64,000 nt of DNA from an uncultured Nitrospiraceae bacterium (GCA_963706325.1 CAVPLT010000006.1:32001-96000), one strand, 5' to 3'; counted from the stretch's first letter, positions 18,549 through 29,427 are shown. Program-made: numbers and translations. The notes: generated by a model not told the origin, from the sequence alone.

Positions 18549-19342
18549 AGAATCCACCAACCTCCGAGCCGTTTCAGCGCCGGTGCCACGTCTGGAAACT
18601 GTGGGTTCTTCAAGCAGAACGGCCCTTGCCGCCGCAGAACTGCATATGGGTGAGCCTGAGCAACGCCGTATTTGGCCTGCCTCCCCTGCGGCAATTGCGA
18701 TAGAACCAAACGCACTATTCTTTGGGGCTCGTCGCTTTGAACCTCGTCCTCTGCCCATCGCCTTCTTGTAGGTCTCCCTGACTGCTTGGCCTACAGCCAT
18801 TTGACCGAACGCAATCTGTCTGAGAATCTTCGCACGGTCCGGGCGACGCGACGTTTCATGTCCCTCCATCATCCTATGTTTCCGCCTGGGTCTCCATGAT
18901 GTCCCGGCGAACCCAATTCCGCTGTCCGTCCTTCTCAATAGTCGTGGCCACCCTCCTCGCCTGAGCGATGTCGTCGTCATGAACAAGGGTCGCCGCAATT
19001 CTTTACTGAACATCAGCCGGCGCGAAGGCATGAGCTGTCGCTGAGGCAGCCTTGCAGCGACCGTCAAACTCGCCCGACACCCAGGCACATCACCTCAGCC
19101 CCATTCACTGTCGGCGATGCCTGCAGAGGCGATGTGGACAGGGTGATCGGGGAGCAGATCAGCAAGGAGCGAGGTTCCTCAATGGTCCGATAATAGGAAA
19201 GGGGATAACTGTTTGTGCAGACTATAGAGGCGCAGATAGTTCCTCAAAATAGCGCGCTGCTACTTGTAGCCCAGCGCCGCAGGCATGAGACTGGGGTGGC
19301 TCAATGACCCTGCAGACGCAAGGGGTTGCAAGAGTAACACGA

Positions 19343-20467
19343 TCAGTCGGGGAGTGGGGCATTTGAGCCGGCGATGCCGAGCGCCAGAAAGTTCTTCTTC
19401 AGTTGGTTCATCGGAAGGGGGAACAACCCTGCCTTCATGACGGTTTCCTGTCCCTCACGGCTCGTGATGAACGTCAAGAACTCCTGCACAGCAGGCGCGA
19501 GGGACGCTTTCGGAGCCTTGTCAACATAGAGGTACAACATCCGGCGCAAGGGGTAAGTTTGATCACCCATTGTTGCCGCCGTGGGGGCCACGTAAGGCAT
19601 GCCCTCGTTCTCCGCAAGAGGAACGATCCGCACGTTGGAGGTTTCCAGGCCTAATCCACTGTAGCCGATGCCTAATTGATCGCGGGTCAGATCCAGAATT
19701 ACCGAAGCCGCACCTGGTTCCTCCCGAAGAGTCGGCACAAACTCACCCCCGGCCAAACAATGTTCCTGGAAAAAAGCCCGCGTTCCGGACCGGCGATCCC
19801 GACCATAGAGCCTGATCGCTGCCTTCTCCCATCCATCATGAAGGCCCAGCGCCCCCCACTGTGTCAGGTTCGCTTTTAATCCGCGATTGTGAGTGGTTGA
19901 AAACATCGCGTCCACCTGGTCGAGTGTGAGCCCCGGGAGTGGATTGTCCCGATGGACATAGAGTGCCACGGCATCCACCGCCACTGGAATCCCCGTCGGT
20001 TCATATCCATGTTGCGTCACAAATTGATTAATTTCCGTATCCATTAACTCGCGTGAGGAGGCCACGAGAGACACATAGGTCGGTCGTTCTTCCTTGAGGG
20101 TGATTTTCCCGCTCAGTTTGGCGGGTGGTTGAATAAACTCCGTAACCGCCTTGCTCGATCCTCCGCCGCTCACATTGATCCTGACATTCGGCTGGCGCCG
20201 TTGGAATTCGCCTGCAAGACGATTCAGGAGAGGGGCCATAGTGTCGGAGCCTTGGACGCGGATGCTTCCAGCCACCTGAGTCTGCGCGGAATATTGTTGC
20301 AGCCCTTCATCAATCGCCAGACTCGCCGTTGGACCGGCATTCTCGGCCTTCGCAGCCTGAATCGGAAGCACGGCGAAGGAACCGGCGGTCGCCATGATAC
20401 CCGCCAAGCTCACTACAGCTGTTCGTTGTCCCCATCCCCGCTTCGGTTCCTGACTCAGCATGCTCAT
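19343..20467 (-). CDS. pstS: Phosphate-binding protein PstS (copy 2, stand-alone)
   Basis: GSDT, GSS, GRDRRSGTR and YPLRRMLYLY motifs. GGAGG RBS before MSMLSQ. Confidence 0.85.
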   Translation of the reverse strand: MSMLSQEPKRGWGQRTAVVSLAGIMATAGSFAVLPIQAAKAENAGPTASLAIDEGLQQYSAQTQVAGSIRVQGSDTMAPLLNRLAGEFQRRQPNVRINVSGGGSSKAVTEFIQPPAKLSGKITLKEERPTYVSLVASSRELMDTEINQFVTQHGYEPTGIPVAVDAVALYVHRDNPLPGLTLDQVDAMFSTTHNRGLKANLTQWGALGLHDGWEKAAIRLYGRDRRSGTRAFFQEHCLAGGEFVPTLREEPGAASVILDLTRDQLGIGYSGLGLETSNVRIVPLAENEGMPYVAPTAATMGDQTYPLRRMLYLYVDKAPKASLAPAVQEFLTFITSREGQETVMKAGLFPLPMNQLKKNFLALGIAGSNAPLPD

Positions 20468-20507
20468 ATCCTCCGGTAAAGTGGTTGCATCGTCTGTAAA
20501 TGGCCTC

Positions 20508-20561
20508 ATCCTACGGATCGATGATTGCTGATACATCACTGGTATGTTACGGCTGTGTTAA
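20508..20561 (-). promoter_or_regulatory. Pho-box-like promoter of pstS2
   Basis: TTAAC-N6-GTAAC-N6-GTGAT-N6-GCAAT-N10-TAGGAT, nearly the same as the pstS1 element. Confidence 0.78.
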
Positions 20562-20624
20562 ATACCGAGGCCCTCTGGGAAGGTGGGCAGACACACGCTC
20601 GAGACAAAGTCTCCGGCCTCGAAA

Positions 20625-21008
20625 CTAGAATTCGTCGACCGACACCGGCTGCAACAGGTCCCGGACCGACAAGACACCGACAATGGCGCCGCTCTTTAAG
20701 ACCCCCAGATGGCGCGTGTGATGGTGCTGCATCAAGTCGGCGGCCTCCGTGATCGGTCGTCGTTCGTCGATGCTGATGACCGGCGTGCTCATGATCGACT
20801 CCACCGGCACGTAAAGCGCCGGTTTGCTTTCCCCGACGACCTTCCTGACGATGTCAGGTTCTGTCACGATCCCGACCACACGATCATTCTGCGCGACAAA
20901 CACGCTGCCGACATTACGGTCGTTCATCACTCTGGCAGCATCTGCCACGGATGTCCCGGCCTGGACCGTCACGAGTTTCGTCGTCATGAGCTGACTGATT
21001 GTTACCAT
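20625..21008 (-). CDS. Stand-alone CBS-domain pair protein
   Basis: Two CBS motifs (VVGIVTEPDI, IVGVLSVRDL). AGGAGG RBS. Confidence 0.9.
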   Translation of the reverse strand: MVTISQLMTTKLVTVQAGTSVADAARVMNDRNVGSVFVAQNDRVVGIVTEPDIVRKVVGESKPALYVPVESIMSTPVISIDERRPITEAADLMQHHHTRHLGVLKSGAIVGVLSVRDLLQPVSVDEF

Positions 21009-21081
21009 TCTGGCACCCTCCTGGTTGATCTGTAGCGCATTGCCTCGGTGCATCACCGGCCATGCAGGTTCTCTACAGGGA

Positions 21082-21135
21082 AGACTAGACGAACCTCGTT
21101 GCAGGACGGTTAGGAGAGGGTAACTTTTCTGTTAC
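21082..21135 (-). promoter_or_regulatory. Pho-box-like promoter of the CBS gene
   Basis: GTAAC-N6-GTTAC-N6-CTAAC-N6-GCAAC-N10-TAGTCT. Confidence 0.68.
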
Positions 21136-21184
21136 GTATCTAGTCCGAGCTGTGATGAGGCAAAGCACCAGGAACGATAGGGGC

Positions 21185-21212
21185 GCGGCACGGGCGAGAT
21201 GGCCCGTGCCGC
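21185..21212. terminator. GC-rich hairpin downstream of pal
   Basis: GCGGCACGGGC-gagatg-GCCCGTGCCGC perfect 11-bp stem with no clear U-tract. Confidence 0.5.
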
Positions 21213-21237
21213 AGCACTCGGGGAGGACCGAAGCAGA

Positions 21238-21825
21238 CTAGTCTTTTACGAGGAAATGCACACTGCGATTTTTTTGCCAGCAGACAGGGTTATGTTGTAG
21301 GCACAATGGACGATCCTTGCCGTAACTCGTGACATCCACCTGCAGTTTGCTGAACCCCAACGATTCGAGATACCGTTTCACTGAGAGGGCCCGCCGTTCT
21401 CCCAGCACAAGATTGTATTCCGCGGTGCCGATTTCGTCACAGCGACCTTCCAAGACCACCCTGGTTACCTGATGATCTTTCAGCCGTTTGGCATTATCCT
21501 CGACCGCCGTGAGGGCGTCGTCTCGTAACACGTATTGATCGAAATCAAACAGCACGTCGGGAAAGGGAATATTCTGCTGTCCCGTAGCATTGCGAGCGGC
21601 CATCTCAGTAGATCGGAGAGGGATTGGAGCTGCCTCAGCAGACGGAGCCGTTTCTTGCACCGGCGCCGCAACAATGCGCTCTTCCACGCGCGGCTTGGGC
21701 ACCGTCGCAGTGTTCCCTCCGCTGGTTCCTGATTTGCTTGCACAGCCGTCAAGCAGCACAGGCCCGGCGACGGCAAGGAGTCCGAGCAGGACACAGGGGC
21801 GCAAACGAATCATGAAGACCTCCAA
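21238..21825 (-). CDS. pal: Peptidoglycan-associated lipoprotein (Pal/OmpA family)
   Basis: Lipobox LDG-C, FDFD, EGRCDEIGTAEYNLVLGERRA, SYGK and NRSV motifs. Confidence 0.85.
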   Translation of the reverse strand: MEVFMIRLRPCVLLGLLAVAGPVLLDGCASKSGTSGGNTATVPKPRVEERIVAAPVQETAPSAEAAPIPLRSTEMAARNATGQQNIPFPDVLFDFDQYVLRDDALTAVEDNAKRLKDHQVTRVVLEGRCDEIGTAEYNLVLGERRALSVKRYLESLGFSKLQVDVTSYGKDRPLCLQHNPVCWQKNRSVHFLVKD

Positions 21826-21887
21826 GGGAAAGTGGGGTTCGTGGATTCTACGGGCCCAGAATAATCAAATCGTAGGAACGAGGCAAG

Positions 21888-24800
21888 TTACTTCTTCGCG
21901 GCGCACAACTCGTAGATCGATCGAGGATTCGGCAAAGGGTCCCAACGCAGGATCTCCAGCGCATCATTCACGTAGGTTGGTGACCGCATCCCATTCAGTA
22001 CGGAAGTGACGCCTGACGTACTGGCAAGAATCCACAGCGCTTTTTGTGACAATGATACTTTTCGCCTTCCTTCAGGCAGCAAGGGATTCAATGTCCGATG
22101 TAACTCGTCGGCGCGCAGCCGGCTTCGCTCGGCGGCTTCCCACTGCAATGCCTTTAGAAGGGCCAACAGTTCCGGCACATAACGATCACGCCAAGACTCC
22201 CACTGTTCAGCCACGGTTCCGGTGAAGGCTTCGGAGAGTGCCCTCATGACCTGATTGACGTGGGGCGCGATCATCTGTTGCTCGATCTGTTCCCAATGTT
22301 CCAATCCTTGTACCTGCGTGCGGATTCGGCCTAGCTCCTCAGCCCATCGAAAGAAGTCGCTCGGCACCATGCCCTGCCCGCTATGGGCCACCGCCGGCGC
22401 GAGGTCCTTCCGATATTCCTCCTCCAATCGCGCGACCTTCTGCTGCTGCGCATCGAATTCTACTTCCAGTGACTGCGCGGGCACATCTGCCAGACGCACG
22501 ACGCCCCCTCGTTGCGAGGGCATGGCGTTCAGCGGGCGATTGACTAGCACCGCGATGCCTTCATGCACGGCTTCTTCCAGCAGCGTACGGCCTTGGCCAG
22601 GACCGGTGTTGCGCATGAGGGCGGCGCCGGATTCGTACAGATTCATGGGGCATTGCAACAGGGTAAAGTGATGCGTAGGACTTGCCACTTTCTTGGCAGC
22701 CTCCTGGGCCGCGGCGACCATGCGCGACAACGACGTGGCGCCAGAATCCTCCGGAGCTGCGGTGGACGTATTCGACGACACCCCATAGGCTCGAATTCGG
22801 CCGGCATGCACCTGTGTCTCGCAATACTCAAAGGCTAGCTGGAGACGCGCATAGAATTGCCCGCGCAACGCATTTAGATCAGGCGCGTCCGCGCTGCCGA
22901 GACGGGTGGCGTGCGAGAGAAAATATTCCGGATTGTGGAGCAGGCACACATCCAAGGTGGCCAGCCCCAGCCGATCCAGCGATTGCGTCAGTTGGTCGGC
23001 TAAAAAGTCAGGGTGGATGCAATGCCAAATGTCCTCCCCATATTTCACCATATCCGGATAGGGCTTGCCGGATTTTTCACGGGCTTGTGCCTGAGTGAGA
23101 TTCTGGCCTTGCACATAACCAATCTTCGACACGACAATGACTTCCTCGCGGGCTATCTCGCCGGTCCTGATCATCTCTTGCAGCACCGTCCCCACGAGTT
23201 GCTCGCTCTCACCGTCCATATAATTGGTCGAGGTGTCGATCAGGTTACAGCCCATGCGCAGCGCTTTGATCAACGCTTCGCGCTGTTCGGCTTCACCTTG
23301 TCCCACTCGATAGGTGCCGAATCCAAGGCGGCTCACCGTGAGACCAGTCGCGCCCAATACACCGAAACCTTTTGCGAGAGAACCGGTCGCCGATGTCTCA
23401 TGAATCTTTCGCGCCGCATAGGCTGCTGTGCCCTGGATGGTGGCTGCGCCAGGTAACAACGTTCCACCTAACACCTTTTGCTCCGAGACGGTCGGTGAAG
23501 AGGATCCGGGTTCCTGAGGAGTGAGGAGGGCAGGGAGGGCCGCCGGATCGGTGATCGGCTGTCGACAGGCGAAGTTGCGACACACGTAGAGCGCCGCTTT
23601 ACCGCCCACCAAGGTTTTACCTTGCAATAAGGGATGGGTAGTCTCGGTGTGCGACGGAATGCGGTGCGCCAGCATACGATTGGGAAGATAGAAGCGACCC
23701 ACCGCGGCGCGCAAAGAGGCCGTGCCGGAATCATTGGGCGAGCCGATCAAGGCGATCTCCACCGGACCGCTTATCAGCAGATCCACCACCAGAAGGCTTT
23801 TGGCAAACGCTCTGGGATATCGCGCAATCTGTCTGCCATAGGCTCGAACGGCTGCAGTGGCTGATTGACGGAAGTCATCGCGGTCGAAGTGGTAGGAGAG
23901 TCTGGCCAAAACCGAGGCGGCCACCGCGTTCCCGCTCGGCGTGGCTCCGTCCGGCCCTTCGCGGCTGCGCATAATCAAGGATTCGTGGCCGCTGGCCGTG
24001 GTGAAGAACCCGCCATGCTTGTCGTCCGCAAAATCCGCTAACATCCGCTCGGACAGTCGGACAGCCGCCAGTACATAACGCTCATCGCCGCCGGCTTCAT
24101 AGGTCTCGATCAAACCCTCGGCGAAATACGCATAGTCTTCGAGATAGGCATCCAGATGGGCCGTGCCTGCCCGATAGGTCCGCAGGAGCCGACCGTCCGG
24201 TTTCGAAAGTCTGCCGAGAAGGAAATCCGAGGCGCGCTGGGCCGCATCACGGTACCGAGACATGTCAAACACACGTCCGGCTTCCGCCATGGCGCAGATC
24301 ATCATCCCGTTCCATGCCGTAATAACCTTATCGTCAAGACCGGGAGGAACTCGTTTAGCGCGCGCGGCATAGACCATCGGCTTGACCCGGGCAATGGTCT
24401 CTTGCAACTCGTCGACCGTGATCCCTAGTTCCTTGGCAACGGCCTCGATGGGCTTGGGCGTATGCAACACATTCTGGTGTTCCCAGTTTCCGGCCGGCGT
24501 GACATCGTAATAGGCGCAGAAGCGACGCGCGTCTTCATCGGTTTGAACGGCCGCGCGGATTTCCTCGGGAGACCAGACGAAGAACTTTCCTTCGACTCCT
24601 TCGGAGTCGGCATCCGTTGCGGAGTAAAACCCTCCTTCAGGCGACGTCATTTCACTCAGGATGTAATCCAATGTCTCGCAGGCCACACGACGATAATTCG
24701 GCTCACCGGTGATCTGAAAGGCTTCGACATACACACGAGCCAACAATGCATTGTCGTACAGCATCTTCTCAAAATGCGGCACGAGCCAGCGTTCGTCGGT

Positions 24801-25586
24801 AGAGTAGCGCGCAAAACCGCCCCCGACGTGATCATAGATGCCGCCGGCCGCCATGGCGTCCAACGTTTTCCGCACCATAGTGAGTGTGTGGGCATCTCTT
24901 GTGCGATGGTAGCAATGGAGCAACAACGACAGGCCTGTCGCGGGTGGAAACTTCGGCGCCCCGCCGAACCCGCCGTGCTTGGCATCGAAATCTTCCGCAA
25001 ATTGAGTGACGGCCGTATCGAGCTCCGCTTCACCGACCGTAGTCGGGGAGGGGGCATGAGCGCCATCCTGCAACCGGGCCGTCAGCGTCGCCGCTTGCGA
25101 CAGCACTCCCGCCTGGTCTTGCTCCCAATAGTCCGCAATCTTCTTCAAGAGGGTCGGAAACCCCGGTCGGCCCCAGCGATCTTCCGGGGGGAAATACGTG
25201 CCGGCAAAGAATGGTTTCTGATCCGGAGCGAGAAATACCGTCATGGGCCAACCGCCTTGATTGCGATTGAGCGCCAAGGTGGCCTGCATGTAAATCTCGT
25301 CAAGATCAGGCCGTTCTTCCCGATCGACCTTGATGCAGACGAAATGTTGATTCATCAGCTGGGCGATGGATTCATTTTCAAACGATTCTCGCTCCATCAC
25401 ATGGCACCAGTGACAGGAGGAATAACCAATGGACAGGAGAATAGGACGTTTGAGCAAGGCCGCCTGCGCGAGCGCCTCCGGCCCCCAGGGATACCAGTCA
25501 ACCGGGTTGTACGCATGTTGGAGAAGATAAGGACTGGTCTGATGAATGAGGCGATTCGGCCGGCGCTCTGCGATTGTATCTGTCAT
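21888..25586 (-). CDS. YyaL/DUF255 thioredoxin-domain protein fused to an aldo/keto reductase domain
   Basis: [21 protein letters not shown] and [10 protein letters not shown] motifs, then AKR motifs GFGT, IDTSTNY, VSK and LLHNP. Confidence 0.88.
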   Translation of the reverse strand: MTDTIAERRPNRLIHQTSPYLLQHAYNPVDWYPWGPEALAQAALLKRPILLSIGYSSCHWCHVMERESFENESIAQLMNQHFVCIKVDREERPDLDEIYMQATLALNRNQGGWPMTVFLAPDQKPFFAGTYFPPEDRWGRPGFPTLLKKIADYWEQDQAGVLSQAATLTARLQDGAHAPSPTTVGEAELDTAVTQFAEDFDAKHGGFGGAPKFPPATGLSLLLHCYHRTRDAHTLTMVRKTLDAMAAGGIYDHVGGGFARYSTDERWLVPHFEKMLYDNALLARVYVEAFQITGEPNYRRVACETLDYILSEMTSPEGGFYSATDADSEGVEGKFFVWSPEEIRAAVQTDEDARRFCAYYDVTPAGNWEHQNVLHTPKPIEAVAKELGITVDELQETIARVKPMVYAARAKRVPPGLDDKVITAWNGMMICAMAEAGRVFDMSRYRDAAQRASDFLLGRLSKPDGRLLRTYRAGTAHLDAYLEDYAYFAEGLIETYEAGGDERYVLAAVRLSERMLADFADDKHGGFFTTASGHESLIMRSREGPDGATPSGNAVAASVLARLSYHFDRDDFRQSATAAVRAYGRQIARYPRAFAKSLLVVDLLISGPVEIALIGSPNDSGTASLRAAVGRFYLPNRMLAHRIPSHTETTHPLLQGKTLVGGKAALYVCRNFACRQPITDPAALPALLTPQEPGSSSPTVSEQKVLGGTLLPGAATIQGTAAYAARKIHETSATGSLAKGFGVLGATGLTVSRLGFGTYRVGQGEAEQREALIKALRMGCNLIDTSTNYMDGESEQLVGTVLQEMIRTGEIAREEVIVVSKIGYVQGQNLTQAQAREKSGKPYPDMVKYGEDIWHCIHPDFLADQLTQSLDRLGLATLDVCLLHNPEYFLSHATRLGSADAPDLNALRGQFYARLQLAFEYCETQVHAGRIRAYGVSSNTSTAAPEDSGATSLSRMVAAAQEAAKKVASPTHHFTLLQCPMNLYESGAALMRNTGPGQGRTLLEEAVHEGIAVLVNRPLNAMPSQRGGVVRLADVPAQSLEVEFDAQQQKVARLEEEYRKDLAPAVAHSGQGMVPSDFFRWAEELGRIRTQVQGLEHWEQIEQQMIAPHVNQVMRALSEAFTGTVAEQWESWRDRYVPELLALLKALQWEAAERSRLRADELHRTLNPLLPEGRRKVSLSQKALWILASTSGVTSVLNGMRSPTYVNDALEILRWDPLPNPRSIYELCAAKK

Positions 25587-25824
25587 ACGCGAACCGTAGC
25601 ACGCGTCGAGCAAATGGGTCAATGAAACAGGATGGCGCAGCCACGAAGGGTCGGATCAGAGATAAAATCGCCTCGCGCCGGCCTCAGCACTCGCGAGCCA
25701 ATCTGAAAACTACGAAACAACGTCGGCCCCAGCGAGCCCCCGCTGATTCCTCATGCGCGAGCCTCTCCACCTCAACGGCTGTGATAGAATTTTAGAACGC
25801 CCTCACCGCTGGGGATCACAGACC

Positions 25825-27267
25825 ATGACGACTGACGACATCGGCCCCTATTCAAACTACCGCCTGACTGTCCGCCTCGCGCTCCTTAACAAGCCAGGCA
25901 TCTTCGCTAAGGTCGCGGCCCTGCTGGCGGAGGAAGGGGCAAACCTCGGCGCAGTGGACATCGTGTCGGCCAATGCCGAACGCATGATCCGCGACATCAC
26001 GTTTGACGTGCACAACGACACCCACGGCGAGCGGGTCCTCGAACGTTTGGAAAGCCTCCCGGAAGTGAATGTACTGTCCGCGTCCGACCGGATTTTCTTA
26101 CTCCACCTAGGCGGAAAAATCAGGGTTCAGAGCAAGGTGCCGGTCAATACACGCAATGTGCTCTCCATGATCTATACACCCGGGGTCGGCCGCGTCTGCC
26201 AGGCCATCGCCAAGGACCCGAGTAAGGCCTATGCCTTCACCATCAAGAGCAACAGTGTGGCGGTCGTCACCGACGGCTCCGCCGTGCTCGGACTGGGCAA
26301 CCTCGGGCCCGCGGCAGCACTACCGGTGATGGAAGGCAAGGTCATGCTCTTCAAAGAGTTGGCCGGCATTGATGCCTGGCCGATCTGCGTCGCCACCCAA
26401 GATGCGGGAGAAATCATTCGCGTCGTCCGCGGCATCGCCCCCGGTTTTGGAGGCATCAATTTGGAGGATATCAGCGCGCCGCGCTGTTTCGAGATTGAAC
26501 GGGCGCTCAAAGCGTCGCTTGACATTCCCGTCATGCACGACGACCAGCACGGCACGGCTGTGGTGTTGCTGGCCGCGCTGACGAACGCACTGAAGGTCGT
26601 GGGCAAGCAGATGGATGACGTCCGCATTGTGGTGAACGGCCTTGGCGCAGCCGGAACCGCCTGTTGCCGTATTCTGCTCGCAGCGGGCGCCTGTCATCTT
26701 GTCGGGTGCGATAAGGAAGGGATCGTTTTGATGGGGGAGGCCGAGGAGCTGCGCGCCTGCCGTACCGATCTGCAGGCTTGTATCCGACGAGACCACCCAC
26801 GCGGAACCTTGCGCGACGCCTTAAAGGGAGCCGACGTATTTATCGGTCTCTCCGTAGGCAATGTACTGGTCAAAGCAGATCTCGAGCGCATGAATCAGGA
26901 TCGCATCGTCTTCGCCATGGCCAACCCCGACCCGGAGATCGATCCCAAGGTCGGTGACGAAGCCTCGAGAATTTTTGCCACCGGTCGTTCGGACTTCCCC
27001 AACCAGATCAATAATGCGTTGGCGTTTCCGGGAATTTTTCGCGGGGCGCTTGATGTCCAAGCCTGCGAGATCAACGAGGCCATGAAGCTGGCGGCGGCGC
27101 AGGCGATCGCCGAGTGCGTTCCGGCCGCGGCCCTTTCAGAAGACTACATCATTCCCAGCCTGTTCGATCGGGACGTCGTGCCGCGCGTGGCAAAGGCTGT
27201 CGCGGCTGCGGCACGCGCCACGGGCGTTGCAAGACGCCGCACCAAAATCGACGACGAGCTGCACTAG
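25825..27267 (+). CDS. NAD(P)-dependent malic enzyme with N-terminal ACT domain
   Basis: YTPGV, VMEGK, INLEDI, HDDQHGTA and GRSDFPNQINN motifs. N-terminal ACT (NKPGIFAKV). Confidence 0.92.
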   Translation: MTTDDIGPYSNYRLTVRLALLNKPGIFAKVAALLAEEGANLGAVDIVSANAERMIRDITFDVHNDTHGERVLERLESLPEVNVLSASDRIFLLHLGGKIRVQSKVPVNTRNVLSMIYTPGVGRVCQAIAKDPSKAYAFTIKSNSVAVVTDGSAVLGLGNLGPAAALPVMEGKVMLFKELAGIDAWPICVATQDAGEIIRVVRGIAPGFGGINLEDISAPRCFEIERALKASLDIPVMHDDQHGTAVVLLAALTNALKVVGKQMDDVRIVVNGLGAAGTACCRILLAAGACHLVGCDKEGIVLMGEAEELRACRTDLQACIRRDHPRGTLRDALKGADVFIGLSVGNVLVKADLERMNQDRIVFAMANPDPEIDPKVGDEASRIFATGRSDFPNQINNALAFPGIFRGALDVQACEINEAMKLAAAQAIAECVPAAALSEDYIIPSLFDRDVVPRVAKAVAAAARATGVARRRTKIDDELH

Positions 27268-27408
27268 TCAAATTCCGCACTCCTTTCCCGTTGTTTCGCT
27301 TTCCCGCTTGGCCAACTGTGTGCGGGCCATGTAGAGTGGGCAGGATTCTCACGCTCAAGTCGGCGTTCAAGGACAGGAATCAAGGTCAGCGATAGTACGG
27401 GCAATCGG

Positions 27409-28668
27409 GTGACGCCAACAACCATCCAAGTAATCGGCGCAGCACTCTTAGCCGTCGCCATTCTGCATACCTTCGCCACCTCGTTCTTTGAACATGTGGC
27501 ACATACCCGACCGGCGCATGCGGGACTTTGGCGTCTTTTAGGAGAAGTCGAGGTGGTCTTTGGCTTTTGGGCTTGTGTGCTCGTAGCTGTCATGTTCATG
27601 ACCGATGGCGCCGCAGCCGCCATGCAGTACCTTGACTCACGCACCTTCACTGAACCGATGTTCGTGTTTGCCATCATGGTGATAGCCGGCACGCGTCCGG
27701 TGTTGCAGACCGCCATGGCCGGAGTGCGACTCCTCAGCCAGGCTATGCCGATGCCGGCGAACATGGGATTTTATTGTACGGTTCTGGCCTTGATTCCATT
27801 GCTGGGCTCGTTCATTACAGAGCCTGCCGCCATGACATTGGCCGCTCTGATTCTGCGCGACCGATTTTTCCAACAGGGACTGTCCTCGCGCCTGAAATAT
27901 GGGACAGTCGGCGTACTCCTCGTGAACATTTCTATCGGCGGCACACTTACCCCATTTGCCGCGCCACCCGTATTAATGGTGGCGTCAACCTGGGGATGGG
28001 ACCTGAATTTCATGATGCTCACGTTTGGATGGAAGGCCGCATTGGCCGTTGTGGTGAACGCCGCCGTCGGGACGATGCTGTTCCGTAAGGAGCTGTCCAC
28101 GCTTGCCGTGAACGGTCCCGATCTGCGTAGCGACACTGTCCCTCTGCCCATGATTGGGATTCATCTGGCATTGCTTGCCGCAGTGGTCATCTTCGCCCAT
28201 CATCCTGTGATGTTTATGGGCCTGTTCCTCCTTTTCCTTGGCATCGCTCAGGCCTATGAGCGCTTTCAGGATCGGTTGATCCTTCGCGAAGGCCTGCTGG
28301 TCGCATTTTTTCTGGCGGGCCTGGTTGTCTTGGGTGGAATGCAACAATGGTGGCTTCAGCCGCTCCTCATGGGTCTGCGCGATGAAGGGGTGTTCTTCGG
28401 CGCAGCAATCCTCACGGCCTTTACGGACAATGCCGCGTTAACCTATCTTGGATCGCTGGTCGAAGGATTATCCGAAGGGTTTAAATATGCGTTGGTCGCG
28501 GGCGCGGTCACGGGCGGCGGGTTGACCATCATCGCCAATGCGCCGAATCCGGCTGGGATCGCGATCCTTCGAGGTCATTTCGAGGACGAAACCATCCATC
28601 CGGTCGGATTATTTCTCGCCGCCTTTCCACCGACCATTGTGGCAGTCATTGCATTCTGGTACTTGTGA
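27409..28668 (+). CDS. Putative Na+/H+ antiporter (DUF1504-type)
   Basis: Multi-TM protein with LLGEVEVVFGFW, FITEPAAMT, TDNAALTYL and IANAPNPAG motifs. Confidence 0.8.
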   Translation: MTPTTIQVIGAALLAVAILHTFATSFFEHVAHTRPAHAGLWRLLGEVEVVFGFWACVLVAVMFMTDGAAAAMQYLDSRTFTEPMFVFAIMVIAGTRPVLQTAMAGVRLLSQAMPMPANMGFYCTVLALIPLLGSFITEPAAMTLAALILRDRFFQQGLSSRLKYGTVGVLLVNISIGGTLTPFAAPPVLMVASTWGWDLNFMMLTFGWKAALAVVVNAAVGTMLFRKELSTLAVNGPDLRSDTVPLPMIGIHLALLAAVVIFAHHPVMFMGLFLLFLGIAQAYERFQDRLILREGLLVAFFLAGLVVLGGMQQWWLQPLLMGLRDEGVFFGAAILTAFTDNAALTYLGSLVEGLSEGFKYALVAGAVTGGGLTIIANAPNPAGIAILRGHFEDETIHPVGLFLAAFPPTIVAVIAFWYL

Positions 28669-28797
28669 GCTATCGGCGAGGCTGCTCAGGCTTGGTAAGC
28701 AACTCTTATCGAAGTGCAAAGCCTTGTGCTAATATGCGACCAACCTGCCGCGAATCGCCGTCTGGATCGCGCTTAATCGAGGACCCATAGAGGATCC

Positions 28798-29427
28798 GTG
28801 GCCTTTTCAACCAATCGACTGTTCAAGTATCAGCGCGGCATGCGTCGACGAATCGGCATGCTCCGTGCCAAAAACGTGGACAGCATTGATTTTGCCGTCG
28901 ACTTCATGATGCAGGAGCGGGTCGACAGTTATTTCCGTGTCGAGCCAGGACTCGAAGAAGTCGAATTGTCTCTGCAGCAAATCGAAGAGGAATTGGAGCA
29001 GGTCCGGGATGTGTCAGGAGCCATTCGATTGGAATCCCGGCTGGAGTTCGTGGAAGATCGCTGGGATGAGCTTGACAGTGAAGTGCGGGAGCGGCCGCGG
29101 CGGCGGCGGCGGAAAATCAATCTCGCGGATTTCTTGAAAGCGGCAGGAGGCGAGGGAAGTTCCACCGGCGCAACCAACGAAGTCACCAATGCCTACGACG
29201 CCTACCAGATTCTGGGTCTTGAGTTCGGCACCCCGCTCGCCGATGTGACCACGTCCTTTCGCCAACGCGCCAAGGAACTGCACCCCGATTCCCGCAATGG
29301 AGATCGGAGTTCAGAACCGGAGCTCCGGCGGATTCTCGAAGCCTATCAGTTCTTGAAGGAATATTTGAGCTTAAGCAATACCGAACCGCCGATTTCGCGC
29401 GGCACGGAATATCGTCCTACCGAGTAA
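28798..29427 (+). CDS. J-domain protein (C-terminal DnaJ domain)
   Basis: AYQILGL…KELHPD…ILEAYQFL with an N-terminal coiled coil. Confidence 0.85.
   Translation: MAFSTNRLFKYQRGMRRRIGMLRAKNVDSIDFAVDFMMQERVDSYFRVEPGLEEVELSLQQIEEELEQVRDVSGAIRLESRLEFVEDRWDELDSEVRERPRRRRRKINLADFLKAAGGEGSSTGATNEVTNAYDAYQILGLEFGTPLADVTTSFRQRAKELHPDSRNGDRSSEPELRRILEAYQFLKEYLSLSNTEPPISRGTEYRPTE

Noticed and set aside
18501..19088. 195-aa Arg-rich minus-strand ORF
   Set aside because: No motif or clear RBS, composition looks non-coding, and it overlaps the neighbouring gene end.
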